Positions 1 to 9,482 of a stretch of DNA of 64,000 nucleotides are shown in pieces. The DNA lies in assembly GCA_948677005.1 (NCBI GenBank), contig CAPPAP010000003.1:89532-153531 (forward strand), given 5' to 3'. The position numbers were made by a program, and so were the translations under genes. The stretch's first letter is position 1. Each line of letters opens with the position of its first letter. The stretch comes from Christensenellaceae bacterium. GTDB lineage: Bacteria > Bacillota > Clostridia > Christensenellales > Borkfalkiaceae. Under the pieces are notes generated by a model. That model did not search any database and was not told the DNA's origin. It saw only the letters and a program-made list of their open reading frames with translations.

Positions 1-1291
1 TCCGCCAGCCCGTGCCAATCGCCTTGTCAATCAGTGCGGAAAGCTCCTTATTGCACAGCATAAGCCACCTGCGCTGTGTTATTCCGTTGGTCTTGTTCGT
101 AAATTTCTCGGGAAAGTAGCTGTAAGCGGTTTTAAAAAGGCTGTCCTTCAAAATTTCCGTGTGCAGCCGCGCCACGCCGTTAACCGATTTGCAAACGTAC
201 AGCGCAAGATTAGCCATAGAAAAGCAGTTGTAAGCGCACACCGCCATCTCCGCAATTTCCTCTTCGGCACAGCCAAGCGCAAGCAGCTCCTCCTTCTGCT
301 TCAAGTGTATTTTAACCAACAGCGCATAAATCTCCGGCAAAATTTTCTTTATAATATCCCCGCTCCAGCACTCCAACGCCTCGGGCAAAACCGTATGGTT
401 GGTATAGGAAAAGGTATTCTTCGCAATTTCAAGCGCGGCGGCAAAATCAACCTTGTGCTCCGCGGTAAGCAGTCTTACAAGCTCTGCAATCGCAAGCACG
501 GGGTGGGTATCGTTAAGCTGAATCGCGTTATATTGCGCAAACGCCTCAAAATTTTTTCCGTGCGCCTTAACGTGCTTATCCAAAAGCTCCCCGACCGACG
601 CCGCGGAAAAAAAGTACTCCTGCCTCAGCCGCAGAATTTTCCCCTCCTCGGTGTCGTCCGCGGGGTAAAGGTATTCGCTAATTTTTTTCGCCTCGTCGCC
701 GCCCTCCGCCTGCCACAGCCTAAGCTTGTTGGTGCGCTTGCCAAAGACGGGCATATCGTACGGCACGGCGGTAACGGACATATCCGCAAAGCTAACCGTC
801 CGCTTTTCGTCCTCGCGCCTTACCGACCACGGGTCGCCGAAGCGTTGCCAGTCATCGGGCAATTCCGTCTGAAACCCGTTTTTAAAAGCTTGCTTAAACA
901 GTCCGTATCTGTATCTTATGCCATAGCCGTGTAACGGCAGTCCAAGCCCCGCGGCGGAATCGAGAAAGCACGCCGCAAGCCTACCAAGCCCGCCGTTGCC
1001 AAGCGCCGCGTCCTCTATTTCCTCAAAAACGCTTATAGCTATGCCCTTCTTTGCAAGAATATCCGCCGTTTCCTCCAAAACGCCCAGCTCCAATAAATTA
1101 TTGTAAAAGCTGCGCCCGATTAAAAACTCCATCGAAAGGTAATAAGCATTCCTCGCGGCGGGCTTTTCAGCCTCCGCCATACCGCAGCGCATTGCAAGCG
1201 CCGAAATTTCGTTATATAAGCAAATTACGTCCCTATTTTCCAAATCAAGCCCGTTAAGGCCCGCAATAAATTTTTCCTTGTCCATAAGCAT
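1..1291 (-). CDS. glgP: alpha-glucan (glycogen/maltodextrin) phosphorylase, N-terminal ~430 codons; the 3-prime end lies beyond the window edge
   Basis: Absent from the ORF track because it has no in-window stop. My minus-strand translation from the ATG at 1289-1291 reads MLMDKEKF...YYLSMEFLIGR...EDAALGNGGLGRLAACFLDSAAGLGLPLHGYGIRYRYGLF...QLNDTHP, which are hallmark GT35 phosphorylase motifs. The start abuts the stop of the upstream ATPase (TAAATG). Confidence 0.85.
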   Translation of the reverse strand, partial: MLMDKEKFIAGLNGLDLENRDVICLYNEISALAMRCGMAEAEKPAARNAYYLSMEFLIGRSFYNNLLELGVLEETADILAKKGIAISVFEEIEDAALGNGGLGRLAACFLDSAAGLGLPLHGYGIRYRYGLFKQAFKNGFQTELPDDWQRFGDPWSVRREDEKRTVSFADMSVTAVPYDMPVFGKRTNKLRLWQAEGGDEAKKISEYLYPADDTEEGKILRLRQEYFFSAASVGELLDKHVKAHGKNFEAFAQYNAIQLNDTHPVLAIAELVRLLTAEHKVDFAAALEIAKNTFSYTNHTVLPEALECWSGDIIKKILPEIYALLVKIHLKQKEELLALGCAEEEIAEMAVCAYNCFSMANLALYVCKSVNGVARLHTEILKDSLFKTAYSYFPEKFTNKTNGITQRRWLMLCNKELSALIDKAIGTGWR

Positions 1292-3181
1292 TTAAATAAT
1301 TTTAATATCTCTTTCGGTTTCCACAACCCCTGTTTTCTCAAAATCGGGCGCAAGATAAATATCCCCGCAATACTCCCTATCTGCCGCAACGTAAATATCC
1401 CGTCCGCCCACACTGCACCTCAAAAATTTCTCCGCGCCGTAGCATACAAGTCCTTCAACCTTCGCCGCGATTCCGCTTTCCGCCACGGCAAGGTCGTACA
1501 CTCCGCACACCAGCTTAAATTTGGCGGTTAACGGCTTTTTAATGCCCAAAGCGGCAAAAATCTTCTGCACAGCCGTATCCGAAGCCTCAAAAAACGCACC
1601 CTCCGCCTCGAACCCGAACCTTACAGCCCTTTTACGCTTAATCCTGCCGTTGACCTCCTCGGTCACAACCGTCTTGCGCTTTACAAATCGGCAGTCTATT
1701 TCGTTTTCTGCGGGCATAGGCGCAACAACGCACTCACCGTCCGCCGTAAGCGTAATTTTTTTAAGGTCTATGCCAAAGCTTACCTCTTTTCCCGCCGCAG
1801 CGTCAAGGTTAACCGCATATAACCGCGTTCCGCCGATATTCAAAGCAACCAGCTTAACGCCGTTTATCTCCTCGCAATCGTCCGCCTTCGCCTTCAATTC
1901 CCCCGCGGGCGTTATCGCGTCGGCGGGCAACAGCAATTGATATTTGCCGTCCGCACATCTGCACGCCTCTGGCAAAGCAAGCTCCGCGCCCGCAAATTCA
2001 AGCCTTCCCCCCTTCACCTCGCAGTCAAGGTAGTTGTATTCGGGAATGCGCGGCAGCACCGACATCTCCGTGTCCTTGTCAAAAAGGTGCAGTCTTTCAA
2101 GCCTCAGCGCAACGTCAAGCACGTCGCCCGCCTTAATATCCCTGCCGCTCACGTCCTTAAATACAATACTCGCAGCTCCCTCGGCATACCCGCCCTCGGG
2201 CTTAATAGTGCCGTAAACAAGCGTCTCGTTGCCAAGCTCCTCCTTATGAGAAACCGCAACCTTAATAACCGCCCTGCCGTCCGCCTCCGCAATAGTAATA
2301 TCCTCCGCTCGCAAGCCTATATAAACGGGTGTTTTCCCGTCCAGATACTTCGGCTGCGCCTTGTACAGTGCCGAATATGGCACGGTTATGCGCACCCCGC
2401 AGTCGGCAAAGCTCATATTTACGTCGTCGCCCTCTCTTTTCAGCGTTCCCTCAAAAAAGTTCATCTGCGGCGTGCCTATAAAGCTCGCCACAAACCTGTT
2501 TTCGGGATAGTTGTAAAGATTTTTAGGCGTGTCTATCTGCTGAACAAAGCCGTTCTTCATTACGACAATGCGCGTGCCCATTGTCATTGCCTCAATCTGG
2601 TCATGCGTGACGTAAATAAACGTTGTCTGCAATCTGTTGTGCAGCTTGGAAATTTCCGCCCTCATCTGCGTGCGTAATTTAGCGTCGAGGTTGGAAAGCG
2701 GCTCGTCCAGAAGCATAACCTTCGGCTCGCGCACAATCGCTCTGCCCAACGCCACGCGCTGGCGCTGTCCGCCGGACATTTCCTTCGGCTTTTTGTTCAG
2801 ATATTCTGTAATTCCGAGTATATCCGCCGCCTCTACAACCCTTTTATGAATTTCCTCTCTGGGCAGCTTTTTCAGCCTCAGCCCAAAGGCAATATTGTCG
2901 TAAACGGTCATATGCGGATACAGCGCGTAGTTCTGGAATACCATCGCAATATCCCTGTCCTTCGGCTCCACGTCGTTCACAATCAAATCGCCTATTTTCA
3001 GCTCCCCCGCAGAAACGTCCTCCAACCCCGCAATCATTCGCAGCGTCGTCGATTTTCCGCAGCCCGAAGGACCTACGAATACGATAAATTCCTTGTCCTC
3101 TATGTGCATATTAAAGTCGTTTACCGCCTTCGTGCCGTTGGGATAAACCTTGTATATGTGTTTTAAACTTACCTCTGCCAT
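1292..3181 (-). CDS. sugar ABC transporter ATP-binding protein (MalK/MsmK/MsiK type) with a ~250-aa C-terminal extension
   Basis: Walker A GPSGCGKST, Q-loop, signature LSGGQRQR and Walker B LLDEPLS are present. A MalK-type regulatory domain ends near LHLFDKDTE at about aa 375. About 250 further residues of beta-rich sequence follow. Confidence 0.9.
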   Translation of the reverse strand: MAEVSLKHIYKVYPNGTKAVNDFNMHIEDKEFIVFVGPSGCGKSTTLRMIAGLEDVSAGELKIGDLIVNDVEPKDRDIAMVFQNYALYPHMTVYDNIAFGLRLKKLPREEIHKRVVEAADILGITEYLNKKPKEMSGGQRQRVALGRAIVREPKVMLLDEPLSNLDAKLRTQMRAEISKLHNRLQTTFIYVTHDQIEAMTMGTRIVVMKNGFVQQIDTPKNLYNYPENRFVASFIGTPQMNFFEGTLKREGDDVNMSFADCGVRITVPYSALYKAQPKYLDGKTPVYIGLRAEDITIAEADGRAVIKVAVSHKEELGNETLVYGTIKPEGGYAEGAASIVFKDVSGRDIKAGDVLDVALRLERLHLFDKDTEMSVLPRIPEYNYLDCEVKGGRLEFAGAELALPEACRCADGKYQLLLPADAITPAGELKAKADDCEEINGVKLVALNIGGTRLYAVNLDAAAGKEVSFGIDLKKITLTADGECVVAPMPAENEIDCRFVKRKTVVTEEVNGRIKRKRAVRFGFEAEGAFFEASDTAVQKIFAALGIKKPLTAKFKLVCGVYDLAVAESGIAAKVEGLVCYGAEKFLRCSVGGRDIYVAADREYCGDIYLAPDFEKTGVVETERDIKII

Positions 3182-3197
3182 ATAAATATCCTTTTTA

Positions 3198-4061
3198 TCA
3201 GCCCTTTACTGAGCCGCCCGTAATACCCTCTACATAGTATCTTTGCAGCCATATAAACAACGCCGTTATGGGAATGGAAACCACCACCGCGGCTGCGCAG
3301 AACACCGTAAAGTATTCGCTTGCCATAGTGGAATTGTCCAGCCACGACTTCATGCCCACCGCAACGGTAAACTTGTCGGGGTCGCCAAGCATTATGAACG
3401 AAGAGAACATATACTCGCCCCACGGCGCAATAAAGGCAGTAAGAATGGTGTAAATTATAATCGGCTTTGCAAGCGGCAGAATTATCTTCACAAAAATAGT
3501 GTGCCTGCTTGCTCCGTCTATCCTCGCCGCCTCGTCAAGCGATTTGGGTATGGTGTCGAAAAACCCCTTGCAGATATAGTACTGCATTGCAGAGCTCGCC
3601 GTATAAACAAGCATAAGCCCCAATAAATTCTGCGTCAGATTAATTTCCTTCAAAACAAAGTACACTGCCGTCATCGAAAGGAAGCCGGGGAACATTCCGA
3701 GTATCAGCATCAGGTTCATAAGCGGCTTGCGCATTTTAAAGCGCAGTCTTGACAGCGCGTAGCTTGTCATAAGCACAATAACCGTCTGAAAAACCGTAAC
3801 CACTACCGAAACAAGCATAGTATTGCCGTACCACGTCAAAAATTTTGTTTCGGTAAACAGCTTTATATAGTTATCGAACGACCACTGCTTGGGGAACAGA
3901 TAGTCCGCCGACATACCTACATGCTCTCCGCGGAAGGACAGAATAATCAGCATAAAAAACGGAACAAGCCATATAAGCGAAATTATAATAAGCACCGCAT
4001 ATATCAGCGCAAGCGAGGTCTTTTCCCAAAGCTTCTTGCTCCTGTACCTCTTGTTTTCCAT
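3198..4061 (-). CDS. carbohydrate ABC transporter permease (MalG-like)
   Basis: Six-TM profile with the EAA-type loop SLDEAARIDGASRHTIFVKIILPLAKP. Sits in an operon with a MalF-like permease and a MalK-like ATPase. Confidence 0.9.
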   Translation of the reverse strand: MENKRYRSKKLWEKTSLALIYAVLIIISLIWLVPFFMLIILSFRGEHVGMSADYLFPKQWSFDNYIKLFTETKFLTWYGNTMLVSVVVTVFQTVIVLMTSYALSRLRFKMRKPLMNLMLILGMFPGFLSMTAVYFVLKEINLTQNLLGLMLVYTASSAMQYYICKGFFDTIPKSLDEAARIDGASRHTIFVKIILPLAKPIIIYTILTAFIAPWGEYMFSSFIMLGDPDKFTVAVGMKSWLDNSTMASEYFTVFCAAAVVVSIPITALFIWLQRYYVEGITGGSVKG

Positions 4062-5569
4062 TACATGAATTCCTCCTCGTTTTTAACTGATTTGGAACGG
4101 TTGTAAAGTATAAGCGAAAGCACCGCCACAATCACAAACGTGAATATACCTATAACCGAGGCAATGCCGTACTGACTTTCGCTTACGGTCAGCTTATACA
4201 GCCATGTAATAAGCAGGTCGGTTCTGCCCGCGTACTGCATATCCAGCGACGACGGGTCGCCGCCCGTCAGCAAAAATATCACGTTGAAGTTATTTAAGTT
4301 GCCTATAAACTGTGTGATAAGATAGGGCGTAGTAACGTGCAGCATATACGGCAGGGTTATCTTCATATACGCCCGCACGGGTCCCGCGCCGTCAATGCGC
4401 GCAGACTCGTACAAATCCTCGGGGATATTCATAAGTATACCCGTGCATATCAGCATCGAATAAGGTATACCTATCCATATATTGACTATGATAATCGTCA
4501 CCCTCGCAACCGTGCCGTCCGTCAGAAAGGGAATAGCCTTGTCAATAACCCCCCATTTAATCAAAAGATTGTTTATAAGCCCTTGGTCTGCAAGCAATTG
4601 CGACATAAACATCAGCGAAACAAACTGCGGCACGGCAATGGTGATAACCAAAATCGTACGCCAAAGCTTTTTGCATTTAACGCCCTTTTTGTTTATCATA
4701 ATCGCTACAATCATACCGAGTATATAGTTGGTGAAGGTCGCAAAAAACGCCCACACTATCGTCCACAGCAGCACCTCGCCGAAGGTGTACGCAAACACCT
4801 TGCTGTTTGCCGAAATTCCTCCGCCGAGCAGCGTCACAAAATTATCCACGCCAACCCAGCCGAACAGCTCCTGCGGGGGCATATGCGCCTTGTCGTAATT
4901 GGTGAACGCTATGAACACCATAAAGAAGATAGGCAGAATTGTGAACACCACAAGCCCGAGCATCGGTATCGACAACAGCGATTTATGATAGTTTTCGTTC
5001 GCGTAAGAGCGCAAATCGTCCTTCGTCGTAGGCAGTGCAACGTGCGCTTCGGTAAACTGCTGTGAAAGCAGATTTGCCTTCACGTTCTGATACCACATAT
5101 ACACAAAGCCCGCCATAATGAATATTGTCAAAAGCGAATACAAAAGTATCAGCAGACTGTTGTCGTAAAATTTATAGGTGAACGCTCCAAGCGCGTCGTC
5201 CCATTCCTCAACGCACGCAACCTCGCCAAGACTGCCAAGCTTTGCAAGGTACTTCCAGCCGAAGAAAACCATATACAGAATGAACAGCGCCTCGAACACA
5301 AGGTATAAAATCCCGCGCAGGTACTGCCTTCTTGCAATCAACCCAAAGCCCATCACCGCAAACGAGGTGCGCGTTTTCCAGTCGCCGTCCTTCGCCGCTC
5401 TGCCGATATTCAAAAAAATTCCCGCAAAGGCAAGCCAAAGCTTGTAAAGCCTTTTCGGTATCGCCTTAAAGAACGCCGCAAAGCTTAAAGGCAGCCGTTT
5501 GAAAAACGCCTTAAAGTTAAACCAAAGCCTTTGCGGCGGCGACATTTTAAGATATTCCAAATCCACCAT
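4061..5569 (-). CDS. carbohydrate ABC transporter permease (MalF-like, long N-terminal region)
   Basis: Multi-TM protein with the EAA loop LYESARIDGAGPVRAYMKITLP. Its stop overlaps the start of the downstream permease. Confidence 0.9.
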   Translation of the reverse strand: MVDLEYLKMSPPQRLWFNFKAFFKRLPLSFAAFFKAIPKRLYKLWLAFAGIFLNIGRAAKDGDWKTRTSFAVMGFGLIARRQYLRGILYLVFEALFILYMVFFGWKYLAKLGSLGEVACVEEWDDALGAFTYKFYDNSLLILLYSLLTIFIMAGFVYMWYQNVKANLLSQQFTEAHVALPTTKDDLRSYANENYHKSLLSIPMLGLVVFTILPIFFMVFIAFTNYDKAHMPPQELFGWVGVDNFVTLLGGGISANSKVFAYTFGEVLLWTIVWAFFATFTNYILGMIVAIMINKKGVKCKKLWRTILVITIAVPQFVSLMFMSQLLADQGLINNLLIKWGVIDKAIPFLTDGTVARVTIIIVNIWIGIPYSMLICTGILMNIPEDLYESARIDGAGPVRAYMKITLPYMLHVTTPYLITQFIGNLNNFNVIFLLTGGDPSSLDMQYAGRTDLLITWLYKLTVSESQYGIASVIGIFTFVIVAVLSLILYNRSKSVKNEEEFM

Positions 5570-5583
5570 AACTTACCTTGAAA

Positions 5584-6858
5584 TTACGAAGCGCTTACAG
5601 TGCCCTTAATCTGCGCAACCATCTTTTTAAGCTGCGCGGCATAAGTAATTCTGCCGTCCGAGCCCGTTTCGTCCACCAAATCGTCGATTATATTCAGTCC
5701 GTAGTTCTTCAACGGCTCCCAGAAGTTAGAGGGCACCGCCGTCTGCTCCACCGCAAATACATTCTGCGCGTTCAGCGCCTTAAAGGTCGCGTCGTTCTTA
5801 ATAACGTCAGTATCCGCTGCATTCTTGTTGGTAGGCCCTATCAGATGCTTGTCAAAGCGGATTTTCTGCATAGCCTCGCCCGATAAAAACGCGGCAAGCC
5901 TGTGCGCCTCGCCAAGCTTATCGCCCGCGTGCGGGTTTACGCCCAACAGCTTATAGCCCTTAAAGGAGTAAAGCTGTTTCGTTTCGCCGTCCACGGTAAC
6001 GGTAGGCAGCTTGCAAACGCCGAAGTTTTCGCCAAGCGCCTGCTTAATGCTCTTCGCGTTCCATGTGCCGGAAACAGCCACCGCCATGCTCTTTGTGGTA
6101 AAGCCTGTAATAATCTTGCCGTTATCGGTCTGCTTGCCCGCAAACGCCTTGCTCGAGGTCAGCTTTTTAATCGCCTTCGAGGCCTTAACGCCGTTCTCGT
6201 TATCGAAGTCTATTTCGATATTCGTTTCAACATACTTGTCGTTGTATTCAACGCTGTAGCTTCCGCCGAAGGTGAAAAACCAGCCCGCCGTATACCAGGG
6301 CACGTCAAGCGCCCAGCCTATTTTTTTGTTCGCGCTCTCGCACGCGGCAATTATCTGTTCAAGCGAGCCCGCCTGCTCGTCGGATACAACCGACTTGTCG
6401 TAATACATAAAATATCCGTTGTCGGAAGCGTAAGGATACCCGTAAACCTTCTCCTCCTCGGTTCCCCATTTAACCGAGCCGGACTTAACCGACTCCTCGC
6501 TGTTGTCCGCCTTAACGCCGTCAAGATAGCTTCCGCCAACCCTCGCAAGCGCGCCAACGCGCAACAGCGGATAAAGCTGGTCGTTGGAATAGCAGTACAC
6601 GTCCGCCGCCGCAGTCGGGTCCTTGCCGACGTTGCTGAACGCCATATCCTCCTCGCCGATACCTATTTTAATGTTGTACTTTTTGTCGGGGTTAGCCTTT
6701 TTAAACTCCTCCGCCATCTGCGTAAAGGTCTCCTGCTGAGCGGCGGAAGCCCAAACCGTAAGCTCGATTCCGCTGTCCTTTGTGCAGGCAGCCATGCCCG
6801 TAACCGCGCTTGCCGCAAGCGCCCCGCATGCAAGCAATGCCAAAATACGTTTTTTCAT
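5584..6858 (-). CDS. extracellular solute-binding lipoprotein (maltodextrin/oligosaccharide type)
   Basis: Start chosen at MKKRILALLACGALAASAVTGMAAC (signal peptide plus lipobox), preceded by GAGGAGG. The length and W/Y-rich content fit a family-1 sugar-binding protein. The longer ORF-track start at 6897 lacks an RBS. Confidence 0.85.
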   Translation of the reverse strand: MKKRILALLACGALAASAVTGMAACTKDSGIELTVWASAAQQETFTQMAEEFKKANPDKKYNIKIGIGEEDMAFSNVGKDPTAAADVYCYSNDQLYPLLRVGALARVGGSYLDGVKADNSEESVKSGSVKWGTEEEKVYGYPYASDNGYFMYYDKSVVSDEQAGSLEQIIAACESANKKIGWALDVPWYTAGWFFTFGGSYSVEYNDKYVETNIEIDFDNENGVKASKAIKKLTSSKAFAGKQTDNGKIITGFTTKSMAVAVSGTWNAKSIKQALGENFGVCKLPTVTVDGETKQLYSFKGYKLLGVNPHAGDKLGEAHRLAAFLSGEAMQKIRFDKHLIGPTNKNAADTDVIKNDATFKALNAQNVFAVEQTAVPSNFWEPLKNYGLNIIDDLVDETGSDGRITYAAQLKKMVAQIKGTVSAS

Positions 6859-6877
6859 CAGAAATTCCTCCTGAAAA

Positions 6878-8581
6878 TTAATTTTTAATATTTTCAAAAA
6901 CGACCGCTCCGTCGTTTAAAATTTTTCCGTCCTTAAAATTCAGCGCAAATACGATATTTCCGTCAACGCCTAATTTTTTTGCCGCGCCCGTCATATTGAA
7001 GTACGCCGTAACGCTTCCGCCGTCCGTCTGCCTCACCATTTTCAGCAGTCCTTTTTCCGTCGTAACCGCCGCCCGCGCTCCCTTAAAGCGGCATCTGCCC
7101 CTTATCTCGATAACCGCCCTGAATTTTTCCGCATACTCCTCGGTCCGGTTGCGGAATTCCCAATCAAACGGCTGTCTGCAATCGGGGTCGCCGCCCCCGT
7201 CAAGCGGTATCTCCGTGCCGTAAAACACGCACGGCATATTCGGGAACATCACCGCCGCGCACAGCGCGCACAGCAGTCTGTCCTTGTTTCCGCCCGCAAG
7301 CCGCAAAAACCTCGGCGTGTCGTGGTTATCGAGAAAGCTCAGACTGTTCGCATTCGCATTCTCGGTATTCGCCATCAAAATCGCGTTCATGCGGTCCGCC
7401 GCAGTCCGCGCGTTCACCGTACCCCGCGCAAAGTAATCTACAAGCAGCTTTTGCAGCTTGTAATTCATCACCCCGTCCAGCTGGTCGCCCCTCAGCCAGT
7501 GCTCGTTGTCGTGCCAAATCTCGCCCAGAATAAGCGCCTCGGGATATTTCTCCTTAACCTCGCGCCTCAGCTGCCGCCACATCTCGTGTGAAATCTCGTC
7601 CGCAACGTCCAGCCGCAGTCCGTCAAACCCGATTTTTAAATATTCCAGCGCAATGTCCGTCAAATACCGCCTCACCGCGGCGTTGCCCGTATTCCACTTC
7701 GGCATATATGTGCAGTCCGCAAAGCATGCATAATTGCATTTCTCCGCAGACGGCCTCTCGCCGTCTATCAAAAACCAGTCGTAATACTTAGAATGCCTTC
7801 CCTTTTCTTCAACGTCCTTAAAAAATTCGTGACTGCAATCGCAATGGTTGAAAACGCAGTCCACAATAACCCTTACGCCGTGTCCGTGCGCAGCCTTCAA
7901 AAGCTTTGCAAGCTTTTCGCCGTCCCCGAACTGCGGGTCAACCGTAAGATAGTCCCTCACGTTGTACTTATGGTTGGACGCAGAAAGAAAAATCGGCGTC
8001 AAATACAGCGCGTTAAAGCCCGAATTTTTCAAATACGGAATTTTTTGCGCAATTCCGTCCAAATCCCCGCCCGTAAACGAATATCTGTCAATTTTCCCGT
8101 CCCATGCAGTGTTTATATACGCGTCGTCCTTTTCAAAGTCCCCGCGCGCGAATCTGTCCACAAAAATCTGATAGAACACCGCGCCGTCCGCCCATTCCAC
8201 AGCCTGCGGAACGTCGCACATATTGATAAATGGGAACTGAAAAAACGTATAATACGCAAGGTCGAAGCGGTATTCCTCCGCAAGCCCGTCCTCTGAAAAG
8301 TAATAGACCTTACCCTTCTGCACAAGTCTGAAAATATACGCAAACCTCGCGTCAGGCAAGGTTATTTCCGCGCGGTAATAGGCATATAGCCCGTCCGTTG
8401 CGCACCGCTCCATCGCCTTTGCTTGCCGCCGCTTTGTAAAGTCGTATTTGTTGTTGTAAAGTATTTCCACTTCGTCAAAGCGGTCGCCCCTTGCAGTCCT
8501 CAGCACCACCGCAAGCGTATCCGCCGCCACAGCGTAGGCATAACAGCTCTCGGGTCTGTGGAATATCGCGTATCTGTTCAT
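6878..8581 (-). CDS. intracellular GH13 enzyme (neopullulanase / cyclomaltodextrinase / maltogenic amylase type)
   Basis: N-terminal domain MNRYAIFHRPES...; GH13 regions VDCVFNHC, GFDGLRLDVADEI, ILGEIWHD and FLDNHDTPR. No signal peptide. Confidence 0.85.
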   Translation of the reverse strand: MNRYAIFHRPESCYAYAVAADTLAVVLRTARGDRFDEVEILYNNKYDFTKRRQAKAMERCATDGLYAYYRAEITLPDARFAYIFRLVQKGKVYYFSEDGLAEEYRFDLAYYTFFQFPFINMCDVPQAVEWADGAVFYQIFVDRFARGDFEKDDAYINTAWDGKIDRYSFTGGDLDGIAQKIPYLKNSGFNALYLTPIFLSASNHKYNVRDYLTVDPQFGDGEKLAKLLKAAHGHGVRVIVDCVFNHCDCSHEFFKDVEEKGRHSKYYDWFLIDGERPSAEKCNYACFADCTYMPKWNTGNAAVRRYLTDIALEYLKIGFDGLRLDVADEISHEMWRQLRREVKEKYPEALILGEIWHDNEHWLRGDQLDGVMNYKLQKLLVDYFARGTVNARTAADRMNAILMANTENANANSLSFLDNHDTPRFLRLAGGNKDRLLCALCAAVMFPNMPCVFYGTEIPLDGGGDPDCRQPFDWEFRNRTEEYAEKFRAVIEIRGRCRFKGARAAVTTEKGLLKMVRQTDGGSVTAYFNMTGAAKKLGVDGNIVFALNFKDGKILNDGAVVFENIKN

Positions 8582-8587
8582 ATCGCC

Positions 8588-9385
8588 CTACTTAACCCGC
8601 ACCGTATGCACGGTGCCCTGCACACGCTCCGTTGCCTTGTTAAAGCAGTCGAGTATCGCGTCCAGCCTCGACTGCGTGTTTGCGGGCACGTACAGCAGCT
8701 CCGCCTCGCCCAAGCCGTAAACCGCCTTCAAGGAGGAATGCACCGTCACGATATTCCCCTTCGGCAGTCCGCTCAAATCGTTGCCGTCCACAAAAACAAT
8801 GTTGTTCGACAGCTCTTTAATCTCATTTTTAAGCGTGGCGTTGTACATATCCACAAGCACAAGGGTAAAATTATCCTTGCCGAACCTCTTTTCCCCCTCG
8901 CCAAGAACGTAGCCGAAGTCCTGATAAATCTGAAAGAACAGCTCGTCGTTTATTTTTGCGTCCACCGAAATAAGCGGCACAAAATTTTCCTGTGCAAATC
9001 GGCGGAACTTCTCTTCCTCCATGCCCACGCATAAAATTGCGTCCGCCATATCCGCACGTGTGTTTTCGGAGGAGGTCTGAATAATAGGGCTGTAGCCAAG
9101 CCTTTCGAAGGTCTTGCAAAAAAGTCTTAAAAAATCGTAGCTTTCCGCCTTTTGCAGTATAGAGCTATGCTTTTCCGTCAAAATAATAACGTTTCTGCTC
9201 TTGCTCAGTGCAAACGACTGCGCCAGCCGCGAGGGCTGATAATTGTACAGATTGACTATCTGCAAAACCTTGCGTTTTGTGTCGGGAGTATATCTGTCCT
9301 CGTGTATTCCGTTGACTATATAAGAAACCGTCGCAACGGACACCTCCGCAAGCCTCGCCACGTCCTTTATCGTAATTCTTTCCAT
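8588..9385 (-). CDS. LacI-family transcriptional regulator
   Basis: N-terminal HTH MERITIKDVARLAEVSVATVSYIVNG followed by a periplasmic-binding-protein-like fold. ATG at 9383-9385 is preferred over the TTG at 9412. The RBS is weak, so the start is uncertain. Confidence 0.8.
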   Translation of the reverse strand: MERITIKDVARLAEVSVATVSYIVNGIHEDRYTPDTKRKVLQIVNLYNYQPSRLAQSFALSKSRNVIILTEKHSSILQKAESYDFLRLFCKTFERLGYSPIIQTSSENTRADMADAILCVGMEEEKFRRFAQENFVPLISVDAKINDELFFQIYQDFGYVLGEGEKRFGKDNFTLVLVDMYNATLKNEIKELSNNIVFVDGNDLSGLPKGNIVTVHSSLKAVYGLGEAELLYVPANTQSRLDAILDCFNKATERVQGTVHTVRVK

Positions 9386-9482
9386 GTGCAAAATTAATCC
9401 GTAAAAGGTCAAACAAGCTTCGGCGCGCCCCGCCTTGCGCTAACCCGCGCAAGGCGGGGCGTCCTCCGCCGCAAAATTTCAT

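Noticed and set aside
161-934. 257-aa plus-strand ORF rich in Arg/Leu/Lys
   Set aside because: It is the antisense shadow of the glgP coding sequence. The composition is atypical, there is no RBS, and the minus-strand frame gives unmistakable phosphorylase motifs.
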